Positions 55,597 through 64,000 of a stretch of 64,000 nt of DNA are shown piece by piece. The DNA comes from an uncultured Ignavibacteriales bacterium (GTDB lineage Bacteria > Zixibacteria > MSB-5A5 > GN15 > FEB-12): contig CAZVHP010000001.1 of assembly GCA_964627305.1 (NCBI GenBank), positions 269,792 through 333,791 of the forward strand. Direction: 5' to 3'. The notes under the pieces are model-generated. The model made no database searches and had not been told where the DNA came from. It was given only the letters and a program-made list of their open reading frames with translations. A program made the position numbers and the translations under genes. Each line of letters begins with the position of its first letter. Within the stretch, counting starts at the first letter, position 1.

Positions 55597-55625
55597 TTGA
55601 CTCCGAAGGCCAAAAGCATTATCAA
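55597..55625 (+). promoter_or_regulatory. Candidate distal dsrA promoter
   Basis: TTGACT (55597-55602), 17-nt spacer, TATCAA (55620-55625), inside a roughly 430-nt AT-rich spacer. Confidence 0.35.
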
Positions 55626-55701
55626 AACAAATGATCAAATAGTGAAAAAAATAACGAGTGCGCCGGACAAAACTTACTAATCTTGTAAGGAATACCGAAC
55701 T

Positions 55702-55719
55702 TTGTGACGATAATCACAA
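55702..55719 (+). promoter_or_regulatory. Rex/CRP-FNR-type inverted repeat upstream of dsrA
   Basis: TTGTGA-CGATAA-TCACAA, with perfect 6-bp arms. It ends 71 nt before the dsrA ATG. Confidence 0.6.
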
Positions 55720-55789
55720 GCAATTCGTTGGAGTGAAACAGGCAATTAGAAGATTTTCAACGATTTACTATCCGAACTGAGGAGTTGCA

Positions 55790-56986
55790 ATGGCTGACAA
55801 TCTACCCAAAACCCCCAAGCTCGACGAGCTTGAAAAGGGCGGTTGGCCGAGCTTCGTGAAAGAGATCAAGATGGCCGCCAAGGGAAGCCCTATGGCGGCA
55901 GATCTGCTTGGCCAATTGGAGCAGTCCTTCGAGGAAAGAATTGGCCACTGGAAGCACGGCGGTATCGTCGGTGTTATGGGCTATGGCGGCGGTGTAATCG
56001 GACGTTACTCTGACCTGCCGGACAAGTGGCCCAATATCTCACATTTCCACACCATGCGTATCAACCAGCCCGCAGGGTGGTACTATACCTCTGATGCCCT
56101 GCGCAAGATCTGTGACATCTGGGAGGAGCACGGCTCCGGTCTGACCAACATGCACGGCTCCACCGGCGACATCATCCTGCTCGGTACCCGTACCGAACAA
56201 CTTGAACCGGTCTTCGAGAAGCTTGGTAAGATCGATTTCGATATCGGTGGCTCCGGCTCCGATCTTCGCACCCCTTCCTGTTGCTGTGGCAAATCCCGCT
56301 GTGAGTGGGCCTGCTATGACACCATGCAGTCCTGCTACGATTTGACTATGCACTACCAGGACGAGTTGCACCGTCCGGCCTTCCCGTACAAGTTCAAGTT
56401 CAAGTTCTCCGGCTGTCCCAACGACTGCGTAGCCTCCATCGCGCGTGCCGATATGTCGTTCATCGGGACCTGGCGTGACGCTATCCGCATCGATCAGGAT
56501 GCGGTGCGCGAGTACGTTGACCGTGGACTGAACATTCAGGAGGACGTCATCAGCCGCTGCCCCGGCAACTGCATGGAGTTCGACGGCAAGGAACTGCATA
56601 TCGAAAACAGCTACTGCAAGCGCTGTATGCACTGCATTAACGTGATGCCGAAGGCGCTCCGTCCCGGTACCGACACCGGCGCCACCATTCTCATTGGTTC
56701 CAAGGCCCCCATCATCGAGGGCGCCCTGCTGTCCTCCGTCCTCATCCCGTTCTACAAGATGGAACCTCCGTACGAGGACCTCAAGGAACTGATCGAGGAG
56801 ATCTGGGACGTCTGGTGTGAAGAGGGCAAGAACCGCGAGCGCATCGGAGAATTCATCCAGCGCGTCGGCATGGGGAACTTCCTCGATGCCATCGGGATGG
56901 AACCCGTTCCTGAGATGGTCGCCCATCCGCGCGAGAATCCCTATGTCTTCTTCGAGGAAGACGAGGACGATGAGGACGAGGGCTGA
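55790..56986 (+). CDS. dsrA: Dissimilatory sulfite reductase alpha subunit
   Basis: GAGGAG 5 nt upstream of the [23 protein letters not shown], siroheme/[4Fe-4S] Cys motifs ([26 protein letters not shown]) and ferredoxin insert CPGNCMEF...[12 protein letters not shown]. Confidence 0.92.
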   Translation: MADNLPKTPKLDELEKGGWPSFVKEIKMAAKGSPMAADLLGQLEQSFEERIGHWKHGGIVGVMGYGGGVIGRYSDLPDKWPNISHFHTMRINQPAGWYYTSDALRKICDIWEEHGSGLTNMHGSTGDIILLGTRTEQLEPVFEKLGKIDFDIGGSGSDLRTPSCCCGKSRCEWACYDTMQSCYDLTMHYQDELHRPAFPYKFKFKFSGCPNDCVASIARADMSFIGTWRDAIRIDQDAVREYVDRGLNIQEDVISRCPGNCMEFDGKELHIENSYCKRCMHCINVMPKALRPGTDTGATILIGSKAPIIEGALLSSVLIPFYKMEPPYEDLKELIEEIWDVWCEEGKNRERIGEFIQRVGMGNFLDAIGMEPVPEMVAHPRENPYVFFEEDEDDEDEG

Positions 56987-57048
56987 TTTGGCCTCCCCAG
57001 CGTCAAAGATGAGAAACGACAATAACGTTACACTAATAGAGGTTTGAC

Positions 57049-58128
57049 ATGGCAGATGTTCAGGAAAGAAGAACTGACTTTGGCCCGCCTCACTTCCAGC
57101 AGTTTCTGCCGCCGGTGATCAAGGAAAACTACGGCAAGTGGAAATACCATGAGATTCTCAAGCCGGGTGTCATGGTCCATGTGTCGGAAACCGGCGCCAA
57201 ACTGTGGACCGTGCGCGCGGCCTCGGGTCGTCTGATCAGTATCAACAAGATTCGAACCTTCTGTGACCTGGCTGACAAGTACTGCAAGGGCTTCTTCCGT
57301 TTCACCAGCCGTCACAATGTCGAGTTCCTGCTCGACTCGGACGAGAAGCTCGATGACCTTATCGCCGATCTCAAGGCCATCGGCCATCCCATCGGCGGCA
57401 TCGGCAATTCCATCACCGCTATCGTACATACTCAGGGCTGGGTCCACTGCCATTCAGCGGCGACCGACGCCTCCGGTATCGTCAAGGCTGTCATGGATGA
57501 CCTGATGGAGTACTTCGAAAACATGAAGCTGCCGGGCAAGCTGCGTATTGCTCTGGCCTGCTGTCTGAATATGTGCGGTGCCGTGCACTGCTCCGATATC
57601 GCGATTCTTGGTATTCACCGCAAGCCGCCCCGGATCGACCACAGCCGCCTGAACAAGCTGTGCGAAATCCCCAACGTCAGCGCTTCCTGCCCGACCGCAG
57701 CCATCCGACCGGCTACTGTCGACGGCAATCCCTCTGTGGAAGTGATCGACGAGCGCTGCATGTATTGCGCCAACTGCTTCACTGTCTGTCCGGCTATGCC
57801 CTTGAACGATCCGGACAACGACGGTGTCTCCATCTGGGTTGGTGGCAAGGTGTCGAATGCCCGCTGCGAGCCTATGTTCTCCAAGCTGGCCATCCCCTAC
57901 CTGCCCAACAATCCGCCGCGTTGGCCCGAGGTAACATCTGCCATCCGTAATCTCGTGGAGTTGTGGGCCAAGAACGCCCGCAAGTACGAGCGGATGGGAG
58001 AATGGATTAACCGTATCGGTTGGCCGAGATTCTTCAAAATGGCCGGTATTGAATTCACCAAGATGCACATCGATGACTTCAAACATGCCGGTCTGACCTT
58101 CAAGCGGTCAACCCATCTAACCTTCTAA
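57049..58128 (+). CDS. dsrB: Dissimilatory sulfite reductase beta subunit
   Basis: [36 protein letters not shown], and ferredoxin insert CPTAAIRP...[13 protein letters not shown]. Confidence 0.92.
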   Translation: MADVQERRTDFGPPHFQQFLPPVIKENYGKWKYHEILKPGVMVHVSETGAKLWTVRAASGRLISINKIRTFCDLADKYCKGFFRFTSRHNVEFLLDSDEKLDDLIADLKAIGHPIGGIGNSITAIVHTQGWVHCHSAATDASGIVKAVMDDLMEYFENMKLPGKLRIALACCLNMCGAVHCSDIAILGIHRKPPRIDHSRLNKLCEIPNVSASCPTAAIRPATVDGNPSVEVIDERCMYCANCFTVCPAMPLNDPDNDGVSIWVGGKVSNARCEPMFSKLAIPYLPNNPPRWPEVTSAIRNLVELWAKNARKYERMGEWINRIGWPRFFKMAGIEFTKMHIDDFKHAGLTFKRSTHLTF

Positions 58129-58138
58129 GGGGTTTGTA

Positions 58139-58384
58139 ATGAAGCCTGTTGAAGAAGTAGCAGAGGCTATGTTCGAGATGGTCAAGGATGCCCAGGCCGT
58201 CAAGAAGAAACTGAAACCCATGGATCTGACCAAGGCCATGATTGCGACCTATGGCGATGAAGTGGACAAGAAGCTCTGCAAGGAGGCTATCAAGCAATTG
58301 ATTAACTCCGGACGATGCGTGTACACGTATTTCGGCGGAAGCTTTATCGAGATTCCGCACCGGGAGGGTGCAGCCAACGACTAA
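58139..58384 (+). CDS. dsrD: DsrD
   Basis: 81-aa winged-helix-like protein directly after dsrB. The C-terminal half (KEAIKQLINSGRCVYTYFGGSFIEI) resembles the DsrD pattern. Confidence 0.75.
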   Translation: MKPVEEVAEAMFEMVKDAQAVKKKLKPMDLTKAMIATYGDEVDKKLCKEAIKQLINSGRCVYTYFGGSFIEIPHREGAAND

Positions 58385-58408
58385 GGTCCTCAAGCGGAGG
58401 TTGCGGCA

Positions 58409-59869
58409 ATGGTGGTGAAAGCACCGCGAGTGGTTGTTGCCGGGCTGTCGGGAGACAGCGGCAAGACCATTGTCAGTCTGAGTCTGATTACCGGACTGCG
58501 CGAACGCGGCTTGGCAGTCGCCCCATTCAAGAAAGGCCCGGACTACATTGACCCCGCCTGGCTTGCCTGGGCTGCCAAGGCTACCTGCCGTAACCTGGAC
58601 ACCTTCCTGGTCGATGAGTCGGTGGTGGCGCACACGTTCTCCCGCCACGCTGCTGCTTCTGAGATAGCGGTCATCGAAGGAAACAGAGGCCTGTTCGACG
58701 GTCGCGACGTTTCCGGATCGCATAGTACTGCGGGGCTTGCAAGGCTCTTGCAAGCCCCGGTTGTATTGGTGGTCAATGCCACCAAGACAACCCGTACTGC
58801 CGCCGCCCTTGTCCATGGTTGTATGACCTTCGAAGACAACGTGAAGATTGCCGGTGTTGTCCTCAACCGGATCGCCGGCACTCGACACGAAAGCGTCACC
58901 CGCCAGGCCATCGAGTCTGCCTGCCGGATTCCCGTCCTGGGTGTCATTCCCAAACTCAGGGAATCACGTTCCCTGATTCCCGGACGTCACCTCGGGCTTG
59001 TACCGCCAACCGAATTGGATGAACAAGCGGCTGTGAGACAACGTATGACTGAGATCGCCAACAGCTACCTCGACCTCGACCGGATCCAGGCCATTGCCGC
59101 CCAAGCCCCGCCCCTGGGAGCTGCTGATCCGGTGAGTCAATCCGTCACCGCCGATCCGGTAAGAGTTGGTGTCTTTCGCGATTCTGTCTTCACCTTCTAC
59201 TACCCGGAGAACCTTGAAGGCCTTCAGCGCGAGGGAGCAACGATTGTTCCAGTCTCATCACTTGAGGATAGTTGTCTGCCGCCGATCGATGCCCTCTACA
59301 TTGGTGGAGGCTTCCCTGAGACGCACGCCGAGCGACTGATTGCCAATCGATCCCTGATGGCCTCCGTCCGTGAGGCAGCCGAGCGCGGACTGCCCATCTA
59401 TGCCGAATGCGGTGGCCTGATCTATCTGGCGCGGTCGGTGACATGGAATCAACAGCGCTACGATATGGCCGGGGTCTTTCCCATTGATCTGATTATGACC
59501 TCCAGGCCTGCCGGTCACGGTTACGTGGAGGCCGAGGTGGACAGCCCCAACCCCTTCTTCCCGATCGGCACCCGCATCAGAGGTCACGAGTTTCACTACT
59601 CCACTCCCGCCGACAAGCCTCATGCGGCTACGTGCCTTGCAATGAAGTCAGGAGTCGGCTTTGCGGACAAGCGCGATGGGTTGATCGCCGGCAGCGTCCT
59701 CGCTGCCTACAGCCACATCCACGCCGAAAGCGTCCCCTCATGGGCCGAAGCCGTGGTCTGTCGAGCGCGCGAGTACCGTAAGGCGGCAGCAAGGTCTGCG
59801 TCCGGTCAGACAAACGGTGAAAGCGATACAGAAGAGAGTGATTTGGACTCCAATAGGGTTTGTGTGTAA
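58409..59869 (+). CDS. dsrN: DsrN (cobyrinate a,c-diamide synthase homolog, siroheme amidase)
   Basis: CbiA/CobB-type N-terminal ATPase (VVVAGLSGDSGKT) and a C-terminal glutamine amidotransferase domain (YAECGGLIYL), in the position typical of dsrN. Confidence 0.8.
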   Translation: MVVKAPRVVVAGLSGDSGKTIVSLSLITGLRERGLAVAPFKKGPDYIDPAWLAWAAKATCRNLDTFLVDESVVAHTFSRHAAASEIAVIEGNRGLFDGRDVSGSHSTAGLARLLQAPVVLVVNATKTTRTAAALVHGCMTFEDNVKIAGVVLNRIAGTRHESVTRQAIESACRIPVLGVIPKLRESRSLIPGRHLGLVPPTELDEQAAVRQRMTEIANSYLDLDRIQAIAAQAPPLGAADPVSQSVTADPVRVGVFRDSVFTFYYPENLEGLQREGATIVPVSSLEDSCLPPIDALYIGGGFPETHAERLIANRSLMASVREAAERGLPIYAECGGLIYLARSVTWNQQRYDMAGVFPIDLIMTSRPAGHGYVEAEVDSPNPFFPIGTRIRGHEFHYSTPADKPHAATCLAMKSGVGFADKRDGLIAGSVLAAYSHIHAESVPSWAEAVVCRAREYRKAAARSASGQTNGESDTEESDLDSNRVCV

Positions 59870-59997
59870 TAATTAGAGGATATAGTAGAGAGGCTGGTTG
59901 ACTTTTCGGCCCCGACGCCAACATTCTCGGTGATCAGGAGGATGGCCGAACACGCAGCCGAGCCGTATGACGCGATACTCAACGAAAGAGAATCATC

Positions 59998-61683
59998 ATG
60001 GGTCTGTTGAACAAGAAAAAGAAAAAAGGCGGCCTGAGCAGGGTATCCGGCGCCTCCGGCAGCTCGGGCGTGGAGTCCTCGCCGCTTCGGCCGCAATTTG
60101 TGGAGAAGAAAGCTCCCTGCGGCGTTGGCTGTCCGAATCACAATCACATCCGCAAGATGCTCATGACCATTCACAAGGCCGAGGATCTCAAGAAGAGCTA
60201 CGATCAGGCCTTCGAAGAAGCCTTTCATATCTTCCTCGAAACCACTCCGTTCCCCAGCGTTTGCGGACGCGTCTGCCCGCACCCGTGTGAGTCCGAGTGC
60301 AACCGCGGCGGTAAGGAAGGTGCTGTCGGAATCAACAGTGTCGAGCGCTTCATAGGTGACTATGGACTCGAGAAAGGTCTGAAGCCTAAGATGCTCGCCG
60401 ACCAGAAGCGCGACAACAAAGTCGCCATCGTCGGTTCCGGCCCCGGCGGTATGTCGGCTGCCTACCACCTCGCCCGCAGAGGTTACCAGGTAACCGTCTA
60501 TGAGGCCTTCCCGAAATCCGGCGGCATGCTCCGCTATGGCATCCCCAACTACCGCTTGCCGCAGGATATCCTTGACAAGGAGAACCAGCGCATTCTCGAT
60601 ATGGGCGTCAAACTGAAACTGAACACCAGTGTCGGCAAAGATGTCTCATACGAGCAACTGCAGAAGGACAATGATGCCGTCTTCGTCGCCATTGGCGCCC
60701 ACAAGGGTCGCTTCCTGCGCGTCGAAGGGGAGGAGGCCGAGAATGTCTTCACCGGCACTGACTTCCTGCACCGGGTCAACCGTGGCGAGGCGGTCGATGT
60801 CGGCGATCATGTGGTCGTAATCGGTGGCGGTGACACTGCTATTGACGCCGCCCGCATTGCCCGCCGTCTTGGCGCTAAGGCAACTATCCTGTATCGCCGC
60901 ACACGCAACGAGATGCCGGCTATCGATGAAGAAATCGTCGGAGCAGAGGAAGAAGGCGTCAGAATTGACCTGCTGGCCGCTCCGCTGGAGGTCTACCAGA
61001 CCAACGGTCGGGCCACCGGCATGAAGTGTCAGCGCATGCAGCTTGGTGAACCCGATTCATCCGGCCGTCGTCGGCCGGTACCCATTGAGGGGGACACCTT
61101 CGACATGGAGTTCTCCACCCTTGTGGCTGCCATCAGCCAGGAACCGGACTTCACCGGCTGCGAGAATCTCATTGAAGGCAGAGACTGGATCAAGGTCAAC
61201 GACAAGTACATGACCAAAGTCGAACGCGTCTTCTCCGGTGGCGATGATGTCAACCTCGGGCTGGTGATCGATGCTATCTTTCACGGCCGCATGGCCGCAG
61301 CCCATATCCACGAGATGATCTCCGGAGAAACGCTGCCCACACCGCCCGATCGCAAAATCGTGCGGCTGGAAAACATGTATCATGCCTACTATGAGGAGAA
61401 GCAGCCGATTCGTGCTACCACGATCCCGGTGGAAGAGCGCTTCGCTGACATCGATCGCGAGATCATGCCAACCATGACTCAGGATCAGGCTGTCGGCGAG
61501 GCCAAACGGTGTATGAGCTGCGGCATGTGCTTTGATTGCGGAAGCTGCTGGAGCCTGTGCCAGGATCAGGCCGTCATCAAGCCCCAGCAGAAGATGGGCG
61601 AGTACAAGTTCAAACTCGAGTTCTGCAACGGGTGCAAGAAATGCGCCGAGAACTGCCCCTGCGGATATATTGAGATGCACTAA
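59998..61683 (+). CDS. dsrL: DsrL-like NAD(P)H oxidoreductase (GltD-family core plus C-terminal 2x[4Fe-4S] ferredoxin domain)
   Basis: CGRVCPHPCESEC, VAIVGSGPGGMSAA, VIGGGDTAIDAA, GEPDSSGRRRP. C-terminal CMSCGMCFDCGSCWSLC and CNGCKKCAENCPC. Located between dsrN and dsrC. Confidence 0.7.
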   Translation: MGLLNKKKKKGGLSRVSGASGSSGVESSPLRPQFVEKKAPCGVGCPNHNHIRKMLMTIHKAEDLKKSYDQAFEEAFHIFLETTPFPSVCGRVCPHPCESECNRGGKEGAVGINSVERFIGDYGLEKGLKPKMLADQKRDNKVAIVGSGPGGMSAAYHLARRGYQVTVYEAFPKSGGMLRYGIPNYRLPQDILDKENQRILDMGVKLKLNTSVGKDVSYEQLQKDNDAVFVAIGAHKGRFLRVEGEEAENVFTGTDFLHRVNRGEAVDVGDHVVVIGGGDTAIDAARIARRLGAKATILYRRTRNEMPAIDEEIVGAEEEGVRIDLLAAPLEVYQTNGRATGMKCQRMQLGEPDSSGRRRPVPIEGDTFDMEFSTLVAAISQEPDFTGCENLIEGRDWIKVNDKYMTKVERVFSGGDDVNLGLVIDAIFHGRMAAAHIHEMISGETLPTPPDRKIVRLENMYHAYYEEKQPIRATTIPVEERFADIDREIMPTMTQDQAVGEAKRCMSCGMCFDCGSCWSLCQDQAVIKPQQKMGEYKFKLEFCNGCKKCAENCPCGYIEMH

Positions 61684-61755
61684 CTGCCATGGAATGCGAA
61701 TACGATACAGTGAATAAATGTGACCTAACAACTACTTGCTTACGGAGGATCTATC

Positions 61756-62073
61756 ATGCCGACATTTACGCATGGTGATATCAGCATCGACGTTGATGAA
61801 GACGGATTCATGGAAGAGCCGGATCAGTGGAACGAAGAGGTTGCCAAAGCCCTCGCAACCACTGAAGGTGTCGACGAAATGACCGAAGAGCACTGGAAAC
61901 TGGTGAACTACCTGCGCGAGTACTACCTCAAATTCGGTATTGCTCCCATGATTCGCAAGCTCTGCAAAGAGACCGGCTTCCCGCTCAAGAAGGTCTATGA
62001 GCTGTTCCCGTCGGGACCGGCCAAGGGCGCCTGCAAAGTCGCCGGGCTGGCCAAGCCGACCGGTTGTGTGTGA
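61756..62073 (+). CDS. dsrC: DsrC (TusE/DsrC family) with both conserved C-terminal cysteines
   Basis: GGAGGA upstream of the ATG. 105 aa ending ...GPAKGACKVAGLAKPTGCV, with the penultimate Cys and a second Cys 11 residues upstream. Confidence 0.92.
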   Translation: MPTFTHGDISIDVDEDGFMEEPDQWNEEVAKALATTEGVDEMTEEHWKLVNYLREYYLKFGIAPMIRKLCKETGFPLKKVYELFPSGPAKGACKVAGLAKPTGCV

Positions 62074-62092
62074 TCGCATATTGCCGGACTCC

Positions 62093-62125
62093 AGGCCGAG
62101 AGACTTCAGCCTCTCGGCCTGCTTT
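62093..62125 (+). terminator. Perfect 10-bp hairpin after dsrC (likely terminator or processing site)
   Basis: AGGCCGAGAG-ACTTCAGC-CTCTCGGCCT followed by GCTTTC (weak T-tract). Confidence 0.5.
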
Positions 62126-62233
62126 CGGGCAACAAACAGGACGGTTTTTATCCCGTCAGTCGATCCTGAGTGCCAGACTAGCCCTGCAAATCAGGTATCA
62201 TGGACAAGCAGGTGAAAAATCGCCAAATATAGG

Positions 62234-62262
62234 TTGACCTCGGTCAGCCGGGATTTTACTAT
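62234..62262 (+). promoter_or_regulatory. Sigma70-like promoter for dsrT-dsrM-dsrK
   Basis: TTGACC (62234-62239), 17-nt spacer, TACTAT (62257-62262). Confidence 0.5.
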
Positions 62263-62299
62263 TGTAGCAGTTGCCGAGCCGCTTTTTTTTGACCACCAC

Positions 62300-62317
62300 T
62301 TGTGAAGGTATTCACAA
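62300..62317 (+). promoter_or_regulatory. Perfect Rex-type operator TTGTGAA-N4-TTCACAA upstream of dsrT
   Basis: TTGTGAAGGTATTCACAA, about 30-48 nt downstream of the predicted -10 and 41 nt before the dsrT ATG. Confidence 0.65.
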
Positions 62318-62357
62318 ACACTCGCAGTGTCCGGCTTGGCTGTCTTATGAGGGTAAC

Positions 62358-62912
62358 ATGTTGCTTAAGCAGCAGATACTTCAGCATCGCGAGGCCATTA
62401 TCGACAGCTGGCGACAGGCAGTTTTCGGTACATACCCCTCCGAGTCGGCCACATTTCTGACCTCACGACACAATCGGTTTGCCAACCCCGTCGGTCAGAC
62501 AATTCATGACAATGTCGAGCAGCTCTTTGACCAGGTTTCCGGGTCCTTCGAACCCGCTGCCGCGACCGTTGCCCTCGATGCTATCATCCGCATTCGGGCT
62601 GTGCAGGAGTTCTCCGCCGCCGAGGCAATTCAGTTCATATTCGAGATCAAGAACATCGTCCGGCAATTCGTCGGCCTGTCGCAGAACGGACACCCCGACC
62701 GGGCAGTCGTCGAGGACCTGCGCAGTTTCGACCAGCGCGTCGACAACCTGGCTCTGCTCGGATTCGACCTGTTCATGCGCTGCCGTGAGAAGCTGTACGA
62801 AATCCGTACGAACGAAACTCGCCGCCGCCACGAGAAGCTCGTCGAGCGATTGGTGGCCAGGGATCAGAATCAAAACGGCGATGCAGACACGTCGCCTGAT
62901 GAAGACAAGTAA
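62358..62912 (+). CDS. dsrT: DsrT (RsbRD N-terminal-domain protein)
   Basis: GAGGGT 4 nt upstream of ATG 62358. HREAIIDSWRQAVFGTYPSESATFLTSRHNRFANPVGQTI matches the RsbRD_N/DsrT pattern. It sits directly upstream of dsrM. Confidence 0.6.
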   Translation: MLLKQQILQHREAIIDSWRQAVFGTYPSESATFLTSRHNRFANPVGQTIHDNVEQLFDQVSGSFEPAAATVALDAIIRIRAVQEFSAAEAIQFIFEIKNIVRQFVGLSQNGHPDRAVVEDLRSFDQRVDNLALLGFDLFMRCREKLYEIRTNETRRRHEKLVERLVARDQNQNGDADTSPDEDK

Positions 62913-62950
62913 GCAGCAATGAGACATAGAAGCAAGAGAGGACATTGCGA

Positions 62951-63952
62951 ATGAAACTGGTGCTGTCTGTGTTAGCTATCATCGTGCTGGCACTGGTGCC
63001 GTGGGTGGGAGTCAGTACTATGGGCCTGCACACTGTATTCGGTGTGGTCCTGCCGTATCTGGCCATCGCCATCTTCCTGATCGGCTTCGTGTGGCGGATT
63101 ATCGACTGGGCGCGATCGCCGGTACCGTTCCGCATCCCCACCACCTGTGGTCAGCAGAAATCGCACGCCTGGATCAAGCAGGACAGACTGGAGAATCCCG
63201 ACGGCTTCTGGAGTACTGCCGGAAGGATGCTCCTTGAAGTCCTGTTCTTCCGGTCGTTGTTCCGCAACACCAAGGCCGACATCAAGGAAGGATCAAAGCT
63301 GGTCTACGGATCAAGCAAGTGGCTGTGGGCAATCGGCCTGGCGTTCCACTATGCCTTTCTCGTCATCTTCCTGCGACACTTCAAGTACTTCGCCGAACCG
63401 ACTCCCGACTGGGTGCTCGCGCTCCAGTGGGTCGACAGCTTCTGGCAGGTCGGTGTACCGTTGATCTACATGACTGATCTTATCCTTGTTGGTGCTGTGT
63501 CACTGCTGTTCATCCGACGCCTCTGGAATCCGCAGGTGCGCTACATCTCGCTCGCAGCCGACTACTTCCCGTTGCTGCTCATCCTCGGAATCGGCATCAG
63601 CGGCATATGGATGCGCTATTTCAGCAAGACCGATCTGCTTGCCGTCAAACAGCTCGGTACCGCACTGATCAGCTTCAGCCCGGCCGGGGCCGATGTGCTC
63701 AGCAGTATCGGCGTGGTGTTTTTCATACATCTGTTTCTGGTATGCTGTCTGTTCATCTACTTCCCGTTCAGCAAGCTGATGCACCTTGGTGGCGTCTTCC
63801 TCAGCCCGACCAGAAACCTGGCCAACAATAACCGGGTCAAACGGCACATCAACCCGTGGAACCCTGAGGTCAAGTTTCACACCTATGACGAGTACGAGGA
63901 TGAGTTCAGGGATGTGATGAAGGCTGCCGGACTTCCGGTAGAGAAGGAGTGA
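62951..63952 (+). CDS. dsrM: DsrM (NarI-like membrane cytochrome b)
   Basis: Polytopic membrane protein with WARSPVPFRIPTTCGQQKS after TM1, and NarI/HmeC-like length and helix pattern. It precedes dsrK. Confidence 0.8.
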   Translation: MKLVLSVLAIIVLALVPWVGVSTMGLHTVFGVVLPYLAIAIFLIGFVWRIIDWARSPVPFRIPTTCGQQKSHAWIKQDRLENPDGFWSTAGRMLLEVLFFRSLFRNTKADIKEGSKLVYGSSKWLWAIGLAFHYAFLVIFLRHFKYFAEPTPDWVLALQWVDSFWQVGVPLIYMTDLILVGAVSLLFIRRLWNPQVRYISLAADYFPLLLILGIGISGIWMRYFSKTDLLAVKQLGTALISFSPAGADVLSSIGVVFFIHLFLVCCLFIYFPFSKLMHLGGVFLSPTRNLANNNRVKRHINPWNPEVKFHTYDEYEDEFRDVMKAAGLPVEKE

Positions 63953-63955
63953 TCA

Positions 63956-64000
63956 TGACCAAAATACCCAAACCTGATGAGCTAATCAAGATTGATCTCA
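63956..64000 (+). CDS. dsrK: DsrK (HdrD-like), first 15 codons only; truncated by window end
   Basis: AAGGAG upstream of the ATG. MTKIPKPDELIKIDL... in the expected position after dsrM. The call rests mainly on synteny. Confidence 0.5.

Noticed and set aside
55364-55789. Possibility that a degraded qmoC or small gene hides between qmoB and dsrA
   Set aside because: The track has no substantial + strand ORF here, the region is AT-rich, and it follows a clean terminator. It is treated as regulatory spacer instead.
61684-61755. TGTGACCTAACAACTAC upstream of dsrC as a fourth Rex/CRP-like box
   Set aside because: Only the left half-site matches and the right half is unrelated, so it was not counted.

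Overview
GC-rich chromosomal segment with strongly G/C-biased third codon positions and Shine-Dalgarno usage, probably from an uncultivated anaerobe; the phylum cannot be assigned from sequence alone. No rRNA, CRISPR array, transposase or integrase was seen. All calls rest on motifs read in the translations and on manual inspection of both strands; no database search was possible. Order of content: (1) housekeeping genes at 1-16 kb: nfnAB-like oxidoreductase, queG, rpe, a glucokinase-like gene, thiamine pyrophosphokinase, tRNA-Gln(CUG), an NmrA-like gene, a full pyruvate dehydrogenase complex (aceE-aceF-lpdA), glnS and a group II PLP decarboxylase. (2) A MarR, RND adaptor, RND pump, TolC efflux operon at 16-22.5 kb. 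(3) The most interesting part, at 22.6-28.9 kb on the minus strand: a tightly coupled operon of an ABC exporter, a B12-domain radical SAM enzyme and two radical SAM/SPASM enzymes. It is headed by a 40-codon gene the ORF track missed, encoding MIYLIDPQNTLRQSVTGDCRLKCSTYCGIKPLYGIDPVEI. The gene has a strong SD, its own sigma70-like promoter, and a perfect hairpin separating it from the enzymes. This reads as an uncharacterised RiPP (thioether/sacti- or ranthipeptide-like, possibly methylated) biosynthetic cluster. (4) A CaCA antiporter and a Kef-type CPA2 antiporter, preceded by a promoter / structured RNA / intrinsic terminator unit, an SD-led 42-codon ORF, a 92-aa membrane protein and a second terminator at 30.4-34.7 kb. 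(5) An exported-protease island at 34.9-51.5 kb: two tricorn-like S41 proteases flanking an LpoB-like lipoprotein, a second lipoprotein, PmbA/TldD, and two tandem C10 (streptopain-like) peptidases carrying PKD and dockerin-like modules. (6) A dissimilatory sulfite reductase locus at 51.7-64 kb: qmoAB without qmoC or aprBA, then dsrA-B-D-N-L-C-T-M-K. Three TTGTGA-N6-TCACAA (Rex/CRP-FNR type) palindromes lie in front of qmoA, dsrA and dsrT.
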